Part shown: piece by piece, positions 8,627 through 18,312 of the stretch
How the letters are laid out: the number at the start of each line of letters is the position of its first letter
Position numbering within the stretch: position 1 is the stretch's first letter
Source of the DNA: a bacterium
GTDB lineage: Archaea > Thermoplasmatota > E2 > JACPAO01 > JAHFTW01
Length of the DNA: 64,000 nucleotides
Reading direction: 5' to 3'
NCBI GenBank assembly: GCA_040390065.1
Contig: JAZJZE010000004.1
Location: 1 to 64,000, forward strand
Program-made: the position numbers and the translations under genes
The notes under the pieces: generated by a model
The model's database searches: none
What the model was told of the DNA's origin: nothing
Seen by the model: the letters and a program-made list of their open reading frames with translations, nothing else

Positions 8627-9619
8627 TCAGGCAAAACAATATACTTCTCGGAGAAAATCCGGTACGCTGCGCGTGTGGATTTTCGCCCCGGCCGAATGCG
8701 GGTGGCCGCCGCCGACGATGCCGTGGTGCTGCGTGAAATCGGTGACGAAGGCGCCCAGGTTGAGGGCTTCGGGGTCCTCGTCGTAGCGTGTGCGGCGCAG
8801 GCTGAGGCTGGAGAGGTTGTTGCGGCGGTTGAGGAGGACGGCGACGGATGCGCCGAGGTCGCGGGCCACATGGGCCAGGGCGCGCGAGCCGAAGCCGAAG
8901 AGGCTTGGCTTGTGGCGGCCGAAGCGAAGGAGTGCAACATTGTGCTTGAGTTCGATGCGTTCGCGGACGCGGTCGAGGGCTTTGTCCCAGCGGTTCTCGT
9001 TGACCATTTGGAGGTAGCGCGACTTGATCTCGGGGACTTCGCTGGGCCAGCGGCCGGCGGCAAGGCGGCGCGCTGCTTGGGCGCGGAAGCGGTCGTCGTC
9101 GACGCGGAAGCGCCAGGCGAAGTCGAGCATGCGTGCTTCGTCTTCCATGCGTTGGGCGCCGACGCCCGACTCGACGTCGGCCAGCAGGGGGCTCGGACAG
9201 TATTCGACGAGGTCGGCGAGTGCGACGAGGTGGCGGTGCTCGCCGTTCAGGCCCAGGTAGTCGTAGGCGACGCCGGCGGCGGAGACGCCCTGCCGCACGA
9301 TGCCTTCGAGGTCGCCGTCGAGTTCGCCGAGTTGCAGGCCACTCTGTTCGTGGTGGTCGAGGTAGTGGACTTTCTGCCGCGTCTTGGACTTGTCATTCAG
9401 GGTCTTGATGAGGCGCGGCGTGAGTCCGAGGTCGACGAGGTAGAATTCGGAGCTGGAGATGTCCTTGCGAAGGACGTCGACGGCGAGGTCGCCGCTTGCC
9501 ACGAAAGTAACTTTGGTGGCTGGGTCTTTGGCCAGGAACAGGGCGGCCGAGATGATGCCGTCCACGTTTCCACGTGTCAGGAGATGGGTCTTCCTGTCGT
9601 CCCGCTCGCGCAGTTCCAT
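8627..9619 (-). CDS. DHH/DHHA1 family phosphoesterase
   Basis: NVDG, YLVDLG, YLDHH and GGGHPHSAG motifs. Confidence 0.85.
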   Translation of the reverse strand: MELRERDDRKTHLLTRGNVDGIISAALFLAKDPATKVTFVASGDLAVDVLRKDISSSEFYLVDLGLTPRLIKTLNDKSKTRQKVHYLDHHEQSGLQLGELDGDLEGIVRQGVSAAGVAYDYLGLNGEHRHLVALADLVEYCPSPLLADVESGVGAQRMEDEARMLDFAWRFRVDDDRFRAQAARRLAAGRWPSEVPEIKSRYLQMVNENRWDKALDRVRERIELKHNVALLRFGRHKPSLFGFGSRALAHVARDLGASVAVLLNRRNNLSSLSLRRTRYDEDPEALNLGAFVTDFTQHHGIVGGGHPHSAGAKIHTRSVPDFLREVYCFA

Positions 9620-9665
9620 CGCGGTGCAGTCCCGCTCGCCCAATCCGCATCCGCCCCTATGAGGC

Positions 9666-10022
9666 TTACGTTTTCTTCTCCTGGGGCACAGCCCTTTGTT
9701 TCCTCTGGAGCCGGCGTAATTTCCGGCGTTCCCGGGCCGCCGCGACGCCGCAGGTCGGGCAAGGCCCCCGGCGGGGGGCAGGGCGGCCGCATCGGGTGCA
9801 CCAACGCTGTCCTGGCCCTGGACGGCGCACGAGGTCCGGAATCACTGGGGGGCGCGCAAACGCACGACGCCAGATCCGCAGGCCACTGGCAAGGACCACG
9901 AGACCGGCGACGAGGATGGCTCCGGCGGCGATGTCGCCCGCCTGGTTGGAAGGGCCCGCAACGGCGGCGACGGCGACGGCGACGACCGCGCAGCCGACCG
10001 CCGTCCAGGTGCGCCACGCCAC
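9666..10022 (-). CDS. Small membrane protein with a C-terminal zinc ribbon
   Basis: Two TM segments followed by CTRC...CPTC and a basic tail. Confidence 0.55.
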   Translation of the reverse strand: MAWRTWTAVGCAVVAVAVAAVAGPSNQAGDIAAGAILVAGLVVLASGLRIWRRAFARPPVIPDLVRRPGPGQRWCTRCGRPAPRRGPCPTCGVAAARERRKLRRLQRKQRAVPQEKKT

Positions 10023-10064
10023 ATTCGCCCATGCCGGGCCGCCATCAAGAAACCACGGGTCGCG

Positions 10065-10420
10065 CTACGCCGGCTGCCGCGCGGGGAGCTTGGGCCATGG
10101 AATCCGCGTCGCCCACCAGAACAGGCCACAAGCCTGAGGGCTAATCCGACGGCGGTCGCCCAGGTGAACCCAGCTTGCGAACCGATGCCGATGGCGAGGC
10201 CCGTCAGGAAGAGGCCGAGAGCGACGCGCGACCGGAGCGACCGTGACGGCAGGGGCCAATCGAACTTCTTGGCCGCCGCAAATGCGAGCCACGTGAGGCC
10301 GGCCGTGCCAAGGAGCAGCAACCCGCCCCATTGCTCCGTTGTGAGGTTCCCTGCTTCCTACACGAGGGAGACGCCCATGGCCGCCACGACGGCCAGGAAG
10401 AGGCGCGGGGCCTTGAGCAC
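10065..10420 (-). pseudogene. Disrupted small membrane-protein gene
   Basis: Hydrophobic frame broken by an in-frame TAG at 10358-10360 and an apparent frameshift near 10135. Confidence 0.4.
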
Positions 10421-10442
10421 GATGAACCAGCCGCTGCCGTCC

Positions 10443-11228
10443 TCACGAACCTTGCCTGAACAGCCGCCAGGCCGCCTCTTCCACGTCGTGCAATTGTCCG
10501 GGGACGACGATGCAATGCAGGGGCGGCCCGAAGTCCTGCTCAAGAAGGTCCGCGACGGCGCCCGTCCGACGCACGGGGACATCGGCCCCGGCCCGTGCGA
10601 CGACGCCCACCTGGGTCCTGCCGTTGAACCATGGATTGCCCGTCTTGGCGGCGAGATCGAGGAGGAGAGCCAGCCCCTGGTTCGCCGTCATGAAGTACTC
10701 CTCGTCGGCCTTGATGTCGAGAAGGACAAGCGTGTGCAAGTCACGGGCATGGTTCTCCACGAGGGCGTCGAATGGCGATGTGGGTGCCCAGTTGCGCTCC
10801 GGTCGGACCAAGGTCGTCGTGCGGCCGAACTTGTAGTGCTGCAGGCCCAAGAGGCCCGGCGCAGCGGAGTAGATGGATGGCGCGTGCACGATGCGGCACT
10901 CGACGCCGGCCTCGCCGGCGCGCACCATGAGGTCGGTGTGCGTCGTGGCGGTGAGAGGATCGCCCGCGGTCAGCAGGACGACCTCGCGCGACTTGGCCCG
11001 CTTCACCAGATCATCGCCGCCGACTTCGACGCCTAGCCGGTCCAGGAGTTTGACGGGTCGGCCGAGGAAGGCCTCCAGAGCGACGTGGCTGGTTCCGGCC
11101 AGGATCGCGGTGTAGAATTCGGCGTACACCTCGTCGGCCGCCTTGACGCGTTCCAGGCCCTTGACGGTGATGTCCTTGGCGTCGTGCAGGCCGAGGCCCA
11201 CCAGGTGCAGGGACACGGGCGCCGCCAC
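10443..11228 (-). CDS. dph5: Diphthine synthase
   Basis: LVGLGL, DITVKGLE, AEFYT, GDPLTATTH, GLQHYKFG, LHTLVLLDI. Confidence 0.95.
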   Translation of the reverse strand: MAAPVSLHLVGLGLHDAKDITVKGLERVKAADEVYAEFYTAILAGTSHVALEAFLGRPVKLLDRLGVEVGGDDLVKRAKSREVVLLTAGDPLTATTHTDLMVRAGEAGVECRIVHAPSIYSAAPGLLGLQHYKFGRTTTLVRPERNWAPTSPFDALVENHARDLHTLVLLDIKADEEYFMTANQGLALLLDLAAKTGNPWFNGRTQVGVVARAGADVPVRRTGAVADLLEQDFGPPLHCIVVPGQLHDVEEAAWRLFRQGS

Positions 11229-11311
11229 GCCCTCCCCGCTTCAAGGGTTTGCCCGCGTCATTTCGATGGCCTGGACAACGGCCTTAAGCCTGGGAAGGCC
11301 ACTGCAATACC

Positions 11312-12196
11312 GTGACGGGCCCGCTTCTGGGTTGGGTGGTGGCGTGCGGCATGCTGGCCTGCGCAGTCCCAGCCAACGGGAGCCCGGACCCGACTGGAGC
11401 GCTCCCCTTGATTGCCGACGACGTGGCCAAGGTCGGCGTCCCATTCCACATCCAGGCCCTCTCGTCCACGGCCCTTGCGGGCCCCGGGGCGATGCGGCTT
11501 GCGGTCCTGACGGGCAGCCTGCGCGTCCTCGAAGCGCACGACGCCGACCCGAACGGCCACGGCGCCCCCTTCCCATCCTGGACCGTCGTGGCAGACCAGC
11601 CGGGCTTCTGGGAGGTCTCCGCGACCGGCACGAGTGCTGGGACCGGGCGCAGTTTGCAGGGCGTCCTTGGCGGCTTCTCCGGGCGCACCGAGGCGTTTGC
11701 CGGGACGCGCACGCTGGGTTCCCATGAGGCCGTCGTCGACGTGACGGCGGGCCTCAACGGCAACGGTACCCTCGTTGGCCACGCCAGCGTCCGCATGCAA
11801 GGAATGGAGTGGCCGCAGTATGCCACCACGTCGCTCTTCGTTCGCGGCGTCCGCGACGCGGGGCCCGCCACCGAGACGCGCCGCGTCGCCTTCCCGGTGG
11901 ACCGGCCGGCGGGCGCGGCCGAGGCCAGCATCATCGTATCATGGAGCGTGAAGACCCCGGCGGGCCTTGACATCGATCTGCAGCGTTGCGAGGACATGCG
12001 CTACACGGGCGCGTGGCTCGTCAACCTCCATGCCCCATACGCGGCGACGCCCTTCCGCTGCCAGGCCCCCGCCGTCGCCAGCGTGGCCGTCGACGAGCAG
12101 GACGGCCGCGACTGGCCTGGAACCGTGGCGCTCTTTGGGGCTCTCGGCTGCGTTGGGTTCGCGTGGCGCATCGGGCTGCGCACCCGCCCCCGTTGA
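11312..12196 (+). CDS. Secreted hypothetical protein with a C-terminal membrane anchor
   Basis: Signal peptide, beta-rich body, terminal TM plus basic tail. TATA CTTAAG about 28 nt upstream. Confidence 0.55.
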   Translation: MTGPLLGWVVACGMLACAVPANGSPDPTGALPLIADDVAKVGVPFHIQALSSTALAGPGAMRLAVLTGSLRVLEAHDADPNGHGAPFPSWTVVADQPGFWEVSATGTSAGTGRSLQGVLGGFSGRTEAFAGTRTLGSHEAVVDVTAGLNGNGTLVGHASVRMQGMEWPQYATTSLFVRGVRDAGPATETRRVAFPVDRPAGAAEASIIVSWSVKTPAGLDIDLQRCEDMRYTGAWLVNLHAPYAATPFRCQAPAVASVAVDEQDGRDWPGTVALFGALGCVGFAWRIGLRTRPR

Positions 12197-12227
12197 CCTT
12201 ATCGCCCTTCCGAGTGTACGAAACGGC

Positions 12228-13229
12228 ATGCAGAGCCTTGGCGTCCGCGTCCCCAAGAGCGACGCCGAGGCGACGCGCAGGCGCCTGCAGGAGCTTGGTG
12301 TCCTGCGCATAGACCTGGAAGTCGGGAAGGAGGGCGACGACGTGGTCTTCCCGGTCTCCGCGTCGTGCGGCCCCAAGTTGCCGACGGCGCCGTTCGACTT
12401 CAAGGCCCGCCTCGTACGCCCGGCCGGGTACCAGGACCTCCTAGCGTGGCCGAAGGATCTGCTCGACCTCGCCCCGCGGGCCTTCGACCAGATCGGCGAC
12501 ATCGTCATCGTGAAGGTGCCGCCCCGCGTCGCGATGCGCGCCGCCGAACTAGGATCGGCCATCCGCAAGTTCGCCAAGGCTCGCGCCGTGTTCGCCGACG
12601 GCGGCGTCAAGGAGGAATTCCGTGTGCGCGACTTGGAACGCATCTCCGGTGTAGGCGAATCGCTCACACACATCCGGGAGAATGGCGTCAACCTGTGGGT
12701 CGACCCCGCCAAGGCCTATTTCTCGCCCCGCCTGGCCACGGAACGCGAACGCGTGGCCGGCCTCGTCGTCCCCGGCGAACACCTCGTCGACTTGTTCGGC
12801 GGTGTTGCGCCCCTCGGCGTGCAGGCAGCCCTCAAGGGCGCGCGGGTCGACTCCGTGGACCTCAACCCCGCCGCCATCGACCTCGCCCGGCGCAACGTCG
12901 CCGACAACAAGGTCGAGGACAAGGTCAAACTGCACTTGGCGGACGCCAAACTCATCGGCAAGCGGCTGCTTCCCGCAGACCGGATCGTCATGAACCTCCC
13001 GCACGGCGCCAAGGCGTTCCTCGACGTGGCTGCCCACCTCGCCAAGCCTGGCGCAACCATCCACTACCATGAGATCCTGACGCCGGCCGCCGTGGCCGCG
13101 CGGGGCGACGCCGTGGTCGCCGAACTCCTGCGCAATGGCAAGCGGGTGTCGTTGGCGGGAACACGCGTCGTGCGCAACTATTCGCCGACCGAGGCCCACG
13201 TCGTCTTCGACTTCAAGGTGGCTGCGTGA
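12228..13229 (+). CDS. trm5: tRNA (guanine37-N1) methyltransferase, Trm5/Met-10 family
   Basis: FDQIGDI, YFSPRLATER, DLFGGV, DLNP, DRIVMNLP, IHYH. Confidence 0.88.
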   Translation: MQSLGVRVPKSDAEATRRRLQELGVLRIDLEVGKEGDDVVFPVSASCGPKLPTAPFDFKARLVRPAGYQDLLAWPKDLLDLAPRAFDQIGDIVIVKVPPRVAMRAAELGSAIRKFAKARAVFADGGVKEEFRVRDLERISGVGESLTHIRENGVNLWVDPAKAYFSPRLATERERVAGLVVPGEHLVDLFGGVAPLGVQAALKGARVDSVDLNPAAIDLARRNVADNKVEDKVKLHLADAKLIGKRLLPADRIVMNLPHGAKAFLDVAAHLAKPGATIHYHEILTPAAVAARGDAVVAELLRNGKRVSLAGTRVVRNYSPTEAHVVFDFKVAA

Positions 13230-13855
13230 CCGGGCGGCTGGCCCTCGTCACCCTGGACCTGGATGGCACGCTGCTGCCCAACGACATGGCGTTTGCCGCC
13301 ATCCTTCGCGGCACAGGTCATGCCGAATTGGCCGCGGAAGCAGCGCGAAAATTCGCGGACGGCACCTGGAGCCTGCCGGAGGCGTACGCCGCCCAGTGGC
13401 GCGTGGTCCAGACGCTTGGCTTGCAGGAAATGCATCGGGCGCTTCGCAAGGCCGCCTGGTTGCCGGGAATCGCGGACGGCGTGCGCCGATTGCAGGAGGC
13501 GGGACTGCGCGTGGTTCTTCTCACCGACGTCGCGTCGACGGTGACGGACTTCCTTGGCCGCTGGGGCCTCGTCGACGCCATTTGCAGTCCCGTCACGGTC
13601 AAGGACGGGCGGCAACTCGCCATCGACCAGCGGCTCGACAAGCTCGCCAACCTGAACGCCCGGCTTGCCGAATGGAACATCCCGCTTGCCAAGGTCTGCC
13701 ACGTCGGCAACGGCCCCAACGACATTCCAGTCTTCCGCGCCGTCGGCGCGTCGCTTGCCGTCTTCCCCCAACCCGAAGTCGCAGAAGCCGCCAGCGCTGT
13801 CGTGCCCGCCCCCCGCGACTTCGCGGATGTCGTGGATGCCGTCCTGGCCCGCTAA
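13226..13855 (+). CDS. HAD-superfamily hydrolase (phosphoserine phosphatase-like)
   Basis: DLDGT motif I, K motif III, GNGPND motif IV; GTGA overlap with trm5. Confidence 0.8.
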   Translation: MTGRLALVTLDLDGTLLPNDMAFAAILRGTGHAELAAEAARKFADGTWSLPEAYAAQWRVVQTLGLQEMHRALRKAAWLPGIADGVRRLQEAGLRVVLLTDVASTVTDFLGRWGLVDAICSPVTVKDGRQLAIDQRLDKLANLNARLAEWNIPLAKVCHVGNGPNDIPVFRAVGASLAVFPQPEVAEAASAVVPAPRDFADVVDAVLAR

Positions 13856-16803
13856 CGTCGCCAGAACGCGTTCGTGCGGGCGAAGGTGAGTTCCGCCAGG
13901 AGGATTTCGCGCCAGAAAGCCGGAGATTCCAGGTCCGCCACTTTTTGCAGGATGCGACCTGCCGTCTCTGGCCCGACGCCGCGGCCCACGAGGGCGCGGC
14001 ACGCGGTGCTGCCGAAGTTGGAGACGAGGTCGCCGTTGCGCACGATGCGCAGCCGCTCGGCTTGCTTGTCAGGTGCCAGCTTGGCTTTGCTGCGCAGCAG
14101 CGGGACTTGGTCCTCGTTCCACGGCCGCAGGCAAGCGACTTGGTGGCTCTGGCAGCGTCGGCATGCTGGCCGCTTTGGCAGGAGCAGGACGCGGGACTGC
14201 CAGGAATTGCCGCACGCGCAGCAGGCCAGGAGGACGTCGGAGTCCTCGATGCGTTTGCGAACGGCTGTCAGGAGGGCTTCGTCGCTGCGCGGGGGCGCCA
14301 TCATGCGGCGCGTCTCGTCCTGGCCGAGGAAGGTAAGAGGCCCCTGCGCCTGGATGACGAACGTCAGCTTGCCGGCGCGCAGGGCCTCGACGAAGTGGTG
14401 CACGGCGGCGACGTCCATGCGGGAATGGATGAGCCGCGACAGGGTCTCTTCCTGCAACGCCAAGTGGTCCAACAACGATTCCAGTTTGCCGCGGGTTGCG
14501 ACGTTGGGGTCCAAGTCCTTGGGCAGTGCGCCGAAGTGCTTGGCGACATGCACGAGGTGGTGGCGGACCAAGGGCGAATCGCGCAGACACAACGACAAGA
14601 GGAGCTCGAGACTCCCCGCATCGAGCGACTGCCAGACGTCGAGGATGGATTGTGCGGGTTGCTGCGATGGCAGGGTGAAGTGGATGCGGTACGCGTCGCA
14701 CTCCATGCCGACCGGGGCGCCCAGGCGTTGCGAGAGAAGGGCCTGCGTGATGCGGCCCAGCGCCTCGTTGCCGCGCGTGCCAAGACTGACGCTGGCGACA
14801 ATCAGCTTGCCGTTCATCTCCAAGGTCACGAGGCGGTCCGTGGCGACCTGCAAACCCTTGGCCTTGTGGTCGACGATGGGCTTGGCGGCGCTCGCGAGTG
14901 TTCCTGCATCGAGGGGATACGCCGCCAGGCCCCGTTTGTCCGATTCGCAGATGAGGCGGCGCAGCCGGGCGACTTCCTGCGCGACGTCGTAGCTCACAGG
15001 CAACTGGGCACCCGTCCACTGCGGCACAGGCCCCAGTTCGCGCACTGGCGCGACCCGCACGCGTGCGGCCTCGACTTCGACTTCCAACACGCGCCAGCTG
15101 CGACCGGCCATGACGACGAGGGCGCCCGGAGCCATCGACGCCGTCACGAATGCGTCGTCGACGGTCCCGATGGAGCGCTTCGAGGACTCGTCGATGACCT
15201 TGTAGGTCCGTTCGTCGGGGATCAACGAGATGTGGTCGAGGAAGTGCTTGCGGGCCCGGCTGCCCCGTTGGATGCGGTCGCCCGGCTGCGCGCCGCCGCG
15301 CCCCGCGCCGACCGTTTCCTCTGGGTACAACGTCCTGACATCCTGCAGACATTGCCAGACGGCGTCGAACAAGCCGTCGTCGAGGTCGACGAATGGACCT
15401 GCGCGGCGCACCACGGCGCGGCACCACTCCTTCTGCAGGCCCGCATACTCGTTTGTCAGGGCAATCAGTTGATTGGCCAGCACGACCAGAGGCGCGTCGC
15501 GCAACTCCAAGGATTCGAGTCGCCCCTCGACGGCGCGGCGGGCCACGGCGGCGCACTCGAGGATGTCCTCCGGCCCGGCTGCGACGAGGGTGCCGGCGCT
15601 CACCCCTCCGACGTGGTGGCCACTGCGCCCAAGGCGTTGCACCAGGCGCGCCACGGAGCGCGGGCTCTGCACTTGCACGACGTGGTCGATGGCCCCGACG
15701 TCGATGCCGAGTTCGAGGCTCGACGTTGCGACCAGGGCGCGCAGCTCGCCGTTCTTGAAGCGCTCCTCGACATCCGTGCGGTGCTCGGCACTGAGGCTGC
15801 CGTGATGCAGGCCGAGTCCGAGCTTCACCTCGCCTGGTTCATCGTCCAACATGGCACTGCGGCTGACCAGAAGTTCCGCGCCGTCGCGGGTGTTGTGGAA
15901 GATGAGGACGCGCTTGTGCTCCGACGCGATTTGCCGGACGGTCCGCACTTGGGCCACGACCGGCGGCGTAAGCGTAAGCTTGGCCGCCCTTTCGCCGTCG
16001 CCGGGGTCCGCCAGGGGCTCGACGACGGCAAGGCGGATCTCCTTCAGGGTCTCGACCACGAGGACTTCGGTGGGGCGCGCCGTACCGTCGGGGCTGTTGC
16101 CAGCAAGGAAGCGCGCGACTCGGACGGGGTCGGCAACCGTCGCGGACAACCCGATGCGCTGGAATCCGCCCGCCGCACGGGCATCCGGTTTCGCCGGACA
16201 GGGCCGTTCGGCGGCCTTCGCCATGCGCAGGGCATCGCCTTGGCCGACCACTTCCTCGACGCGTTCCAGCGCGACCATCAACTGCGCGCCGCGCTCCGAT
16301 GCGGCAAGGTCGTGCACTTCGTCGAGGACGACGAAACGCACCGTAGCCAGGTGTCTCCGGAGTGTGTCTCCGTAGAGCAGAAGCTGCAGTGTCTCGGGCG
16401 TCGTGATGAGCAGGTCGGGCGGCGACTTGGACTGCTTGGTGCGCTCGGATTGGGTCGTGTCGCCGTGGCGGACGCCCAGCGTGATGCCGAGGGCCTTGGA
16501 CCAGGATTCCAGGCGGCGCTGCAAGTCGCGGTTGAGGGCGCGAAGTGGCGTCACGTACAGGACCTTGAAACCCGCCGGCCAAGGTTTCTTGCGGGCGGCG
16601 ACGGCCTCCTTCTCGGTCACGATGCGGCTCAGCACCGGAAGCAGGGCGGCTTCGGTCTTGCCGTGCCCCGTCGGGGCGACGAGGAGGACATGCTTGCCGG
16701 CGGCAAGGGGTCCGTGTGCGACGGTCTGCGCCTCGGTCAGTCCCTCCCAGCCCTGGCTGCGCAGCAGGGCGACGAGGCGAGGGTGCAGTCCGGAATCTTC
16801 CAT
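13852..16803 (-). CDS. lhr: Lhr-family SF2 helicase with a C-terminal Cys-rich motif
   Basis: APTGHGKT, TPLRALN, TTPETLQ, DEVH, GLSAT, HHGSLS, SSLELGID, QRLGRSGH; CCAC...CRRC. Confidence 0.92.
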   Translation of the reverse strand: MEDSGLHPRLVALLRSQGWEGLTEAQTVAHGPLAAGKHVLLVAPTGHGKTEAALLPVLSRIVTEKEAVAARKKPWPAGFKVLYVTPLRALNRDLQRRLESWSKALGITLGVRHGDTTQSERTKQSKSPPDLLITTPETLQLLLYGDTLRRHLATVRFVVLDEVHDLAASERGAQLMVALERVEEVVGQGDALRMAKAAERPCPAKPDARAAGGFQRIGLSATVADPVRVARFLAGNSPDGTARPTEVLVVETLKEIRLAVVEPLADPGDGERAAKLTLTPPVVAQVRTVRQIASEHKRVLIFHNTRDGAELLVSRSAMLDDEPGEVKLGLGLHHGSLSAEHRTDVEERFKNGELRALVATSSLELGIDVGAIDHVVQVQSPRSVARLVQRLGRSGHHVGGVSAGTLVAAGPEDILECAAVARRAVEGRLESLELRDAPLVVLANQLIALTNEYAGLQKEWCRAVVRRAGPFVDLDDGLFDAVWQCLQDVRTLYPEETVGAGRGGAQPGDRIQRGSRARKHFLDHISLIPDERTYKVIDESSKRSIGTVDDAFVTASMAPGALVVMAGRSWRVLEVEVEAARVRVAPVRELGPVPQWTGAQLPVSYDVAQEVARLRRLICESDKRGLAAYPLDAGTLASAAKPIVDHKAKGLQVATDRLVTLEMNGKLIVASVSLGTRGNEALGRITQALLSQRLGAPVGMECDAYRIHFTLPSQQPAQSILDVWQSLDAGSLELLLSLCLRDSPLVRHHLVHVAKHFGALPKDLDPNVATRGKLESLLDHLALQEETLSRLIHSRMDVAAVHHFVEALRAGKLTFVIQAQGPLTFLGQDETRRMMAPPRSDEALLTAVRKRIEDSDVLLACCACGNSWQSRVLLLPKRPACRRCQSHQVACLRPWNEDQVPLLRSKAKLAPDKQAERLRIVRNGDLVSNFGSTACRALVGRGVGPETAGRILQKVADLESPAFWREILLAELTFARTNAFWRR

Positions 16804-16807
16804 TCGA

Positions 16808-18289
16808 TCAGCCGATCTGGCGCAGGACCATGTCGACGTAGCTCAGCATGAGGGTCGCGCCGAACAGGAATCCAAGGAGCGTCGCCGTCGGGCCGGCCAG
16901 TCCCATGAACGACCCTTGCTTGCCGATGCGCAGGCCGTTGCGGATGAGGATGCGAAGGGGCGTGACGACGCCGAAGAAGACGATGCCCATCGGAAGCAGT
17001 TCCAGGAGGGTGACGACGAGGAGGCCGGCGCCGGACGGGCCCGACAGGAGGCTGACGCCCCACACGGCGCGCACTTCGTTGTCCCACAGGAAGAAGAACA
17101 GCAGGAAGGCGAGCGGCCCGACGATCCAGCCGATCCACTTCAGGCGGTCCCAGCGCTCGTTCTTCTTCGGCGCCTTGTCGCCAAGCACGAAGCGCGTCAC
17201 GAGGGCGCCAATCGCGAGGGCCCACAGCAAGTAGCTCCACCAGGGGAGCTGAAGGAAGCCGAAGCCGACGAGGCCGGGGGCGTTCTGCACGCGGCCTGCT
17301 TGGATATGCAACGGGCTCTGGCCGGTGGTCGCGATCGTTCCGGTGCGCGCCGTCGCGTCCAAGGAATCGAAACGGATCAGGGTCACGTCCTTGATGCTGG
17401 GTGTGGAGCCCTCCTGGCTTGGAACCGTCAGGACCGCGCCGTTCAGGATCTTCGACTGGATGTCCGCCAGGGCGCCCAAGCCGGGCTTGTCGGTCGATTT
17501 GCCGGGCTGGCCGATCGCTTCCATGACTTGGCTCTGCATGGATTGGATGCGGCTCAAGTCGAGGCCTTGGGCAGCGGACGCCGCGTCGGCGGTGCCCATG
17601 TGGATTGTGCCGGCCGCAAAGGGCATGACCATCACGTCCGCCGAGATTGGCGCAAGCACTGGGTTGCCTTGGAACGTGACGGCGTCGTGCGCCGCACGGA
17701 ACGTCTGCACTTGGCCCGGTTTGCTGACCGTGAAGACGCCGGCCTGCAGGTTCACGAAGCCGCCGGCGTTGTCGGAGGCAAGGTCCTGGGATGGCGTGTT
17801 GGGGATGGCCGGAATCGCGCCGACGGTGAAGGTCCCGCCGACCGTGGATGCGGCCATGAGGGGGCCGAGGGGGAAGGTGGCGCCCGCGAACCTCATGTCG
17901 TCGAGGTTGGCAAACAGGATGAGCGCATGCGAAGCGTGCAGCGCACCGCCGACTGCGTCCGGGAAGTAGATGCCCGGGGACGCGCCGGCTTGCCAAGAGA
18001 TGGCGATGTTACCGGCGGCATCCTCGAAGCATTCCAACGCCGGAACGGTCCAACACACTTTCGTGAGCCCGCTTAGGACTGATGCTCCGGCGTTGAAGAA
18101 CATCATGGGGGCGACGGCGGGTGCCAGCGTGGCATCGAGCGAGCCTGAAAGCAAGGTGAGGTTCCCGCCGCCGCTGAAGTCCGCCATGTACGGGATGTCG
18201 TAGGCGAATCCGTGGTCGCCGTTGAGGGCGGCCTGGGCGGGGGGCAGGAGCAGCAGGCAACCTAGGACCAGGCCGGCCAACAGGCGCAT
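16808..18289 (-). CDS. Secreted/membrane protein: extracellular beta-rich domain plus about 4 C-terminal TM
   Basis: Signal peptide ending AQA, TM block at the C terminus, 4 nt gap to lhr. Confidence 0.65.
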   Translation of the reverse strand: MRLLAGLVLGCLLLLPPAQAALNGDHGFAYDIPYMADFSGGGNLTLLSGSLDATLAPAVAPMMFFNAGASVLSGLTKVCWTVPALECFEDAAGNIAISWQAGASPGIYFPDAVGGALHASHALILFANLDDMRFAGATFPLGPLMAASTVGGTFTVGAIPAIPNTPSQDLASDNAGGFVNLQAGVFTVSKPGQVQTFRAAHDAVTFQGNPVLAPISADVMVMPFAAGTIHMGTADAASAAQGLDLSRIQSMQSQVMEAIGQPGKSTDKPGLGALADIQSKILNGAVLTVPSQEGSTPSIKDVTLIRFDSLDATARTGTIATTGQSPLHIQAGRVQNAPGLVGFGFLQLPWWSYLLWALAIGALVTRFVLGDKAPKKNERWDRLKWIGWIVGPLAFLLFFFLWDNEVRAVWGVSLLSGPSGAGLLVVTLLELLPMGIVFFGVVTPLRILIRNGLRIGKQGSFMGLAGPTATLLGFLFGATLMLSYVDMVLRQIG

Positions 18290-18312
18290 AGACCAGCGAT
18301 GGACGGCCGGCC

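Noticed and set aside
9961-9985. Short (GGCGAC)n tandem repeat
   Set aside because: It encodes a Val-Ala run in a TM helix; ordinary low complexity.
10358-10360. Pyrrolysine or other recoding at the in-frame TAG
   Set aside because: No pyl genes in the window, many genuine genes end in TAG, and a second lesion favours pseudogenisation.
13135-16851. 1238 aa plus-strand ORF, and similar long antisense ORFs (8462..10144, 38296..40371, 49456..51426, 52707..54719)
   Set aside because: Shadow ORFs opposite clear genes (lhr, DHH, exonuclease, amidohydrolase, nrdJ). They are expected at this GC content and carry no recognisable motifs.
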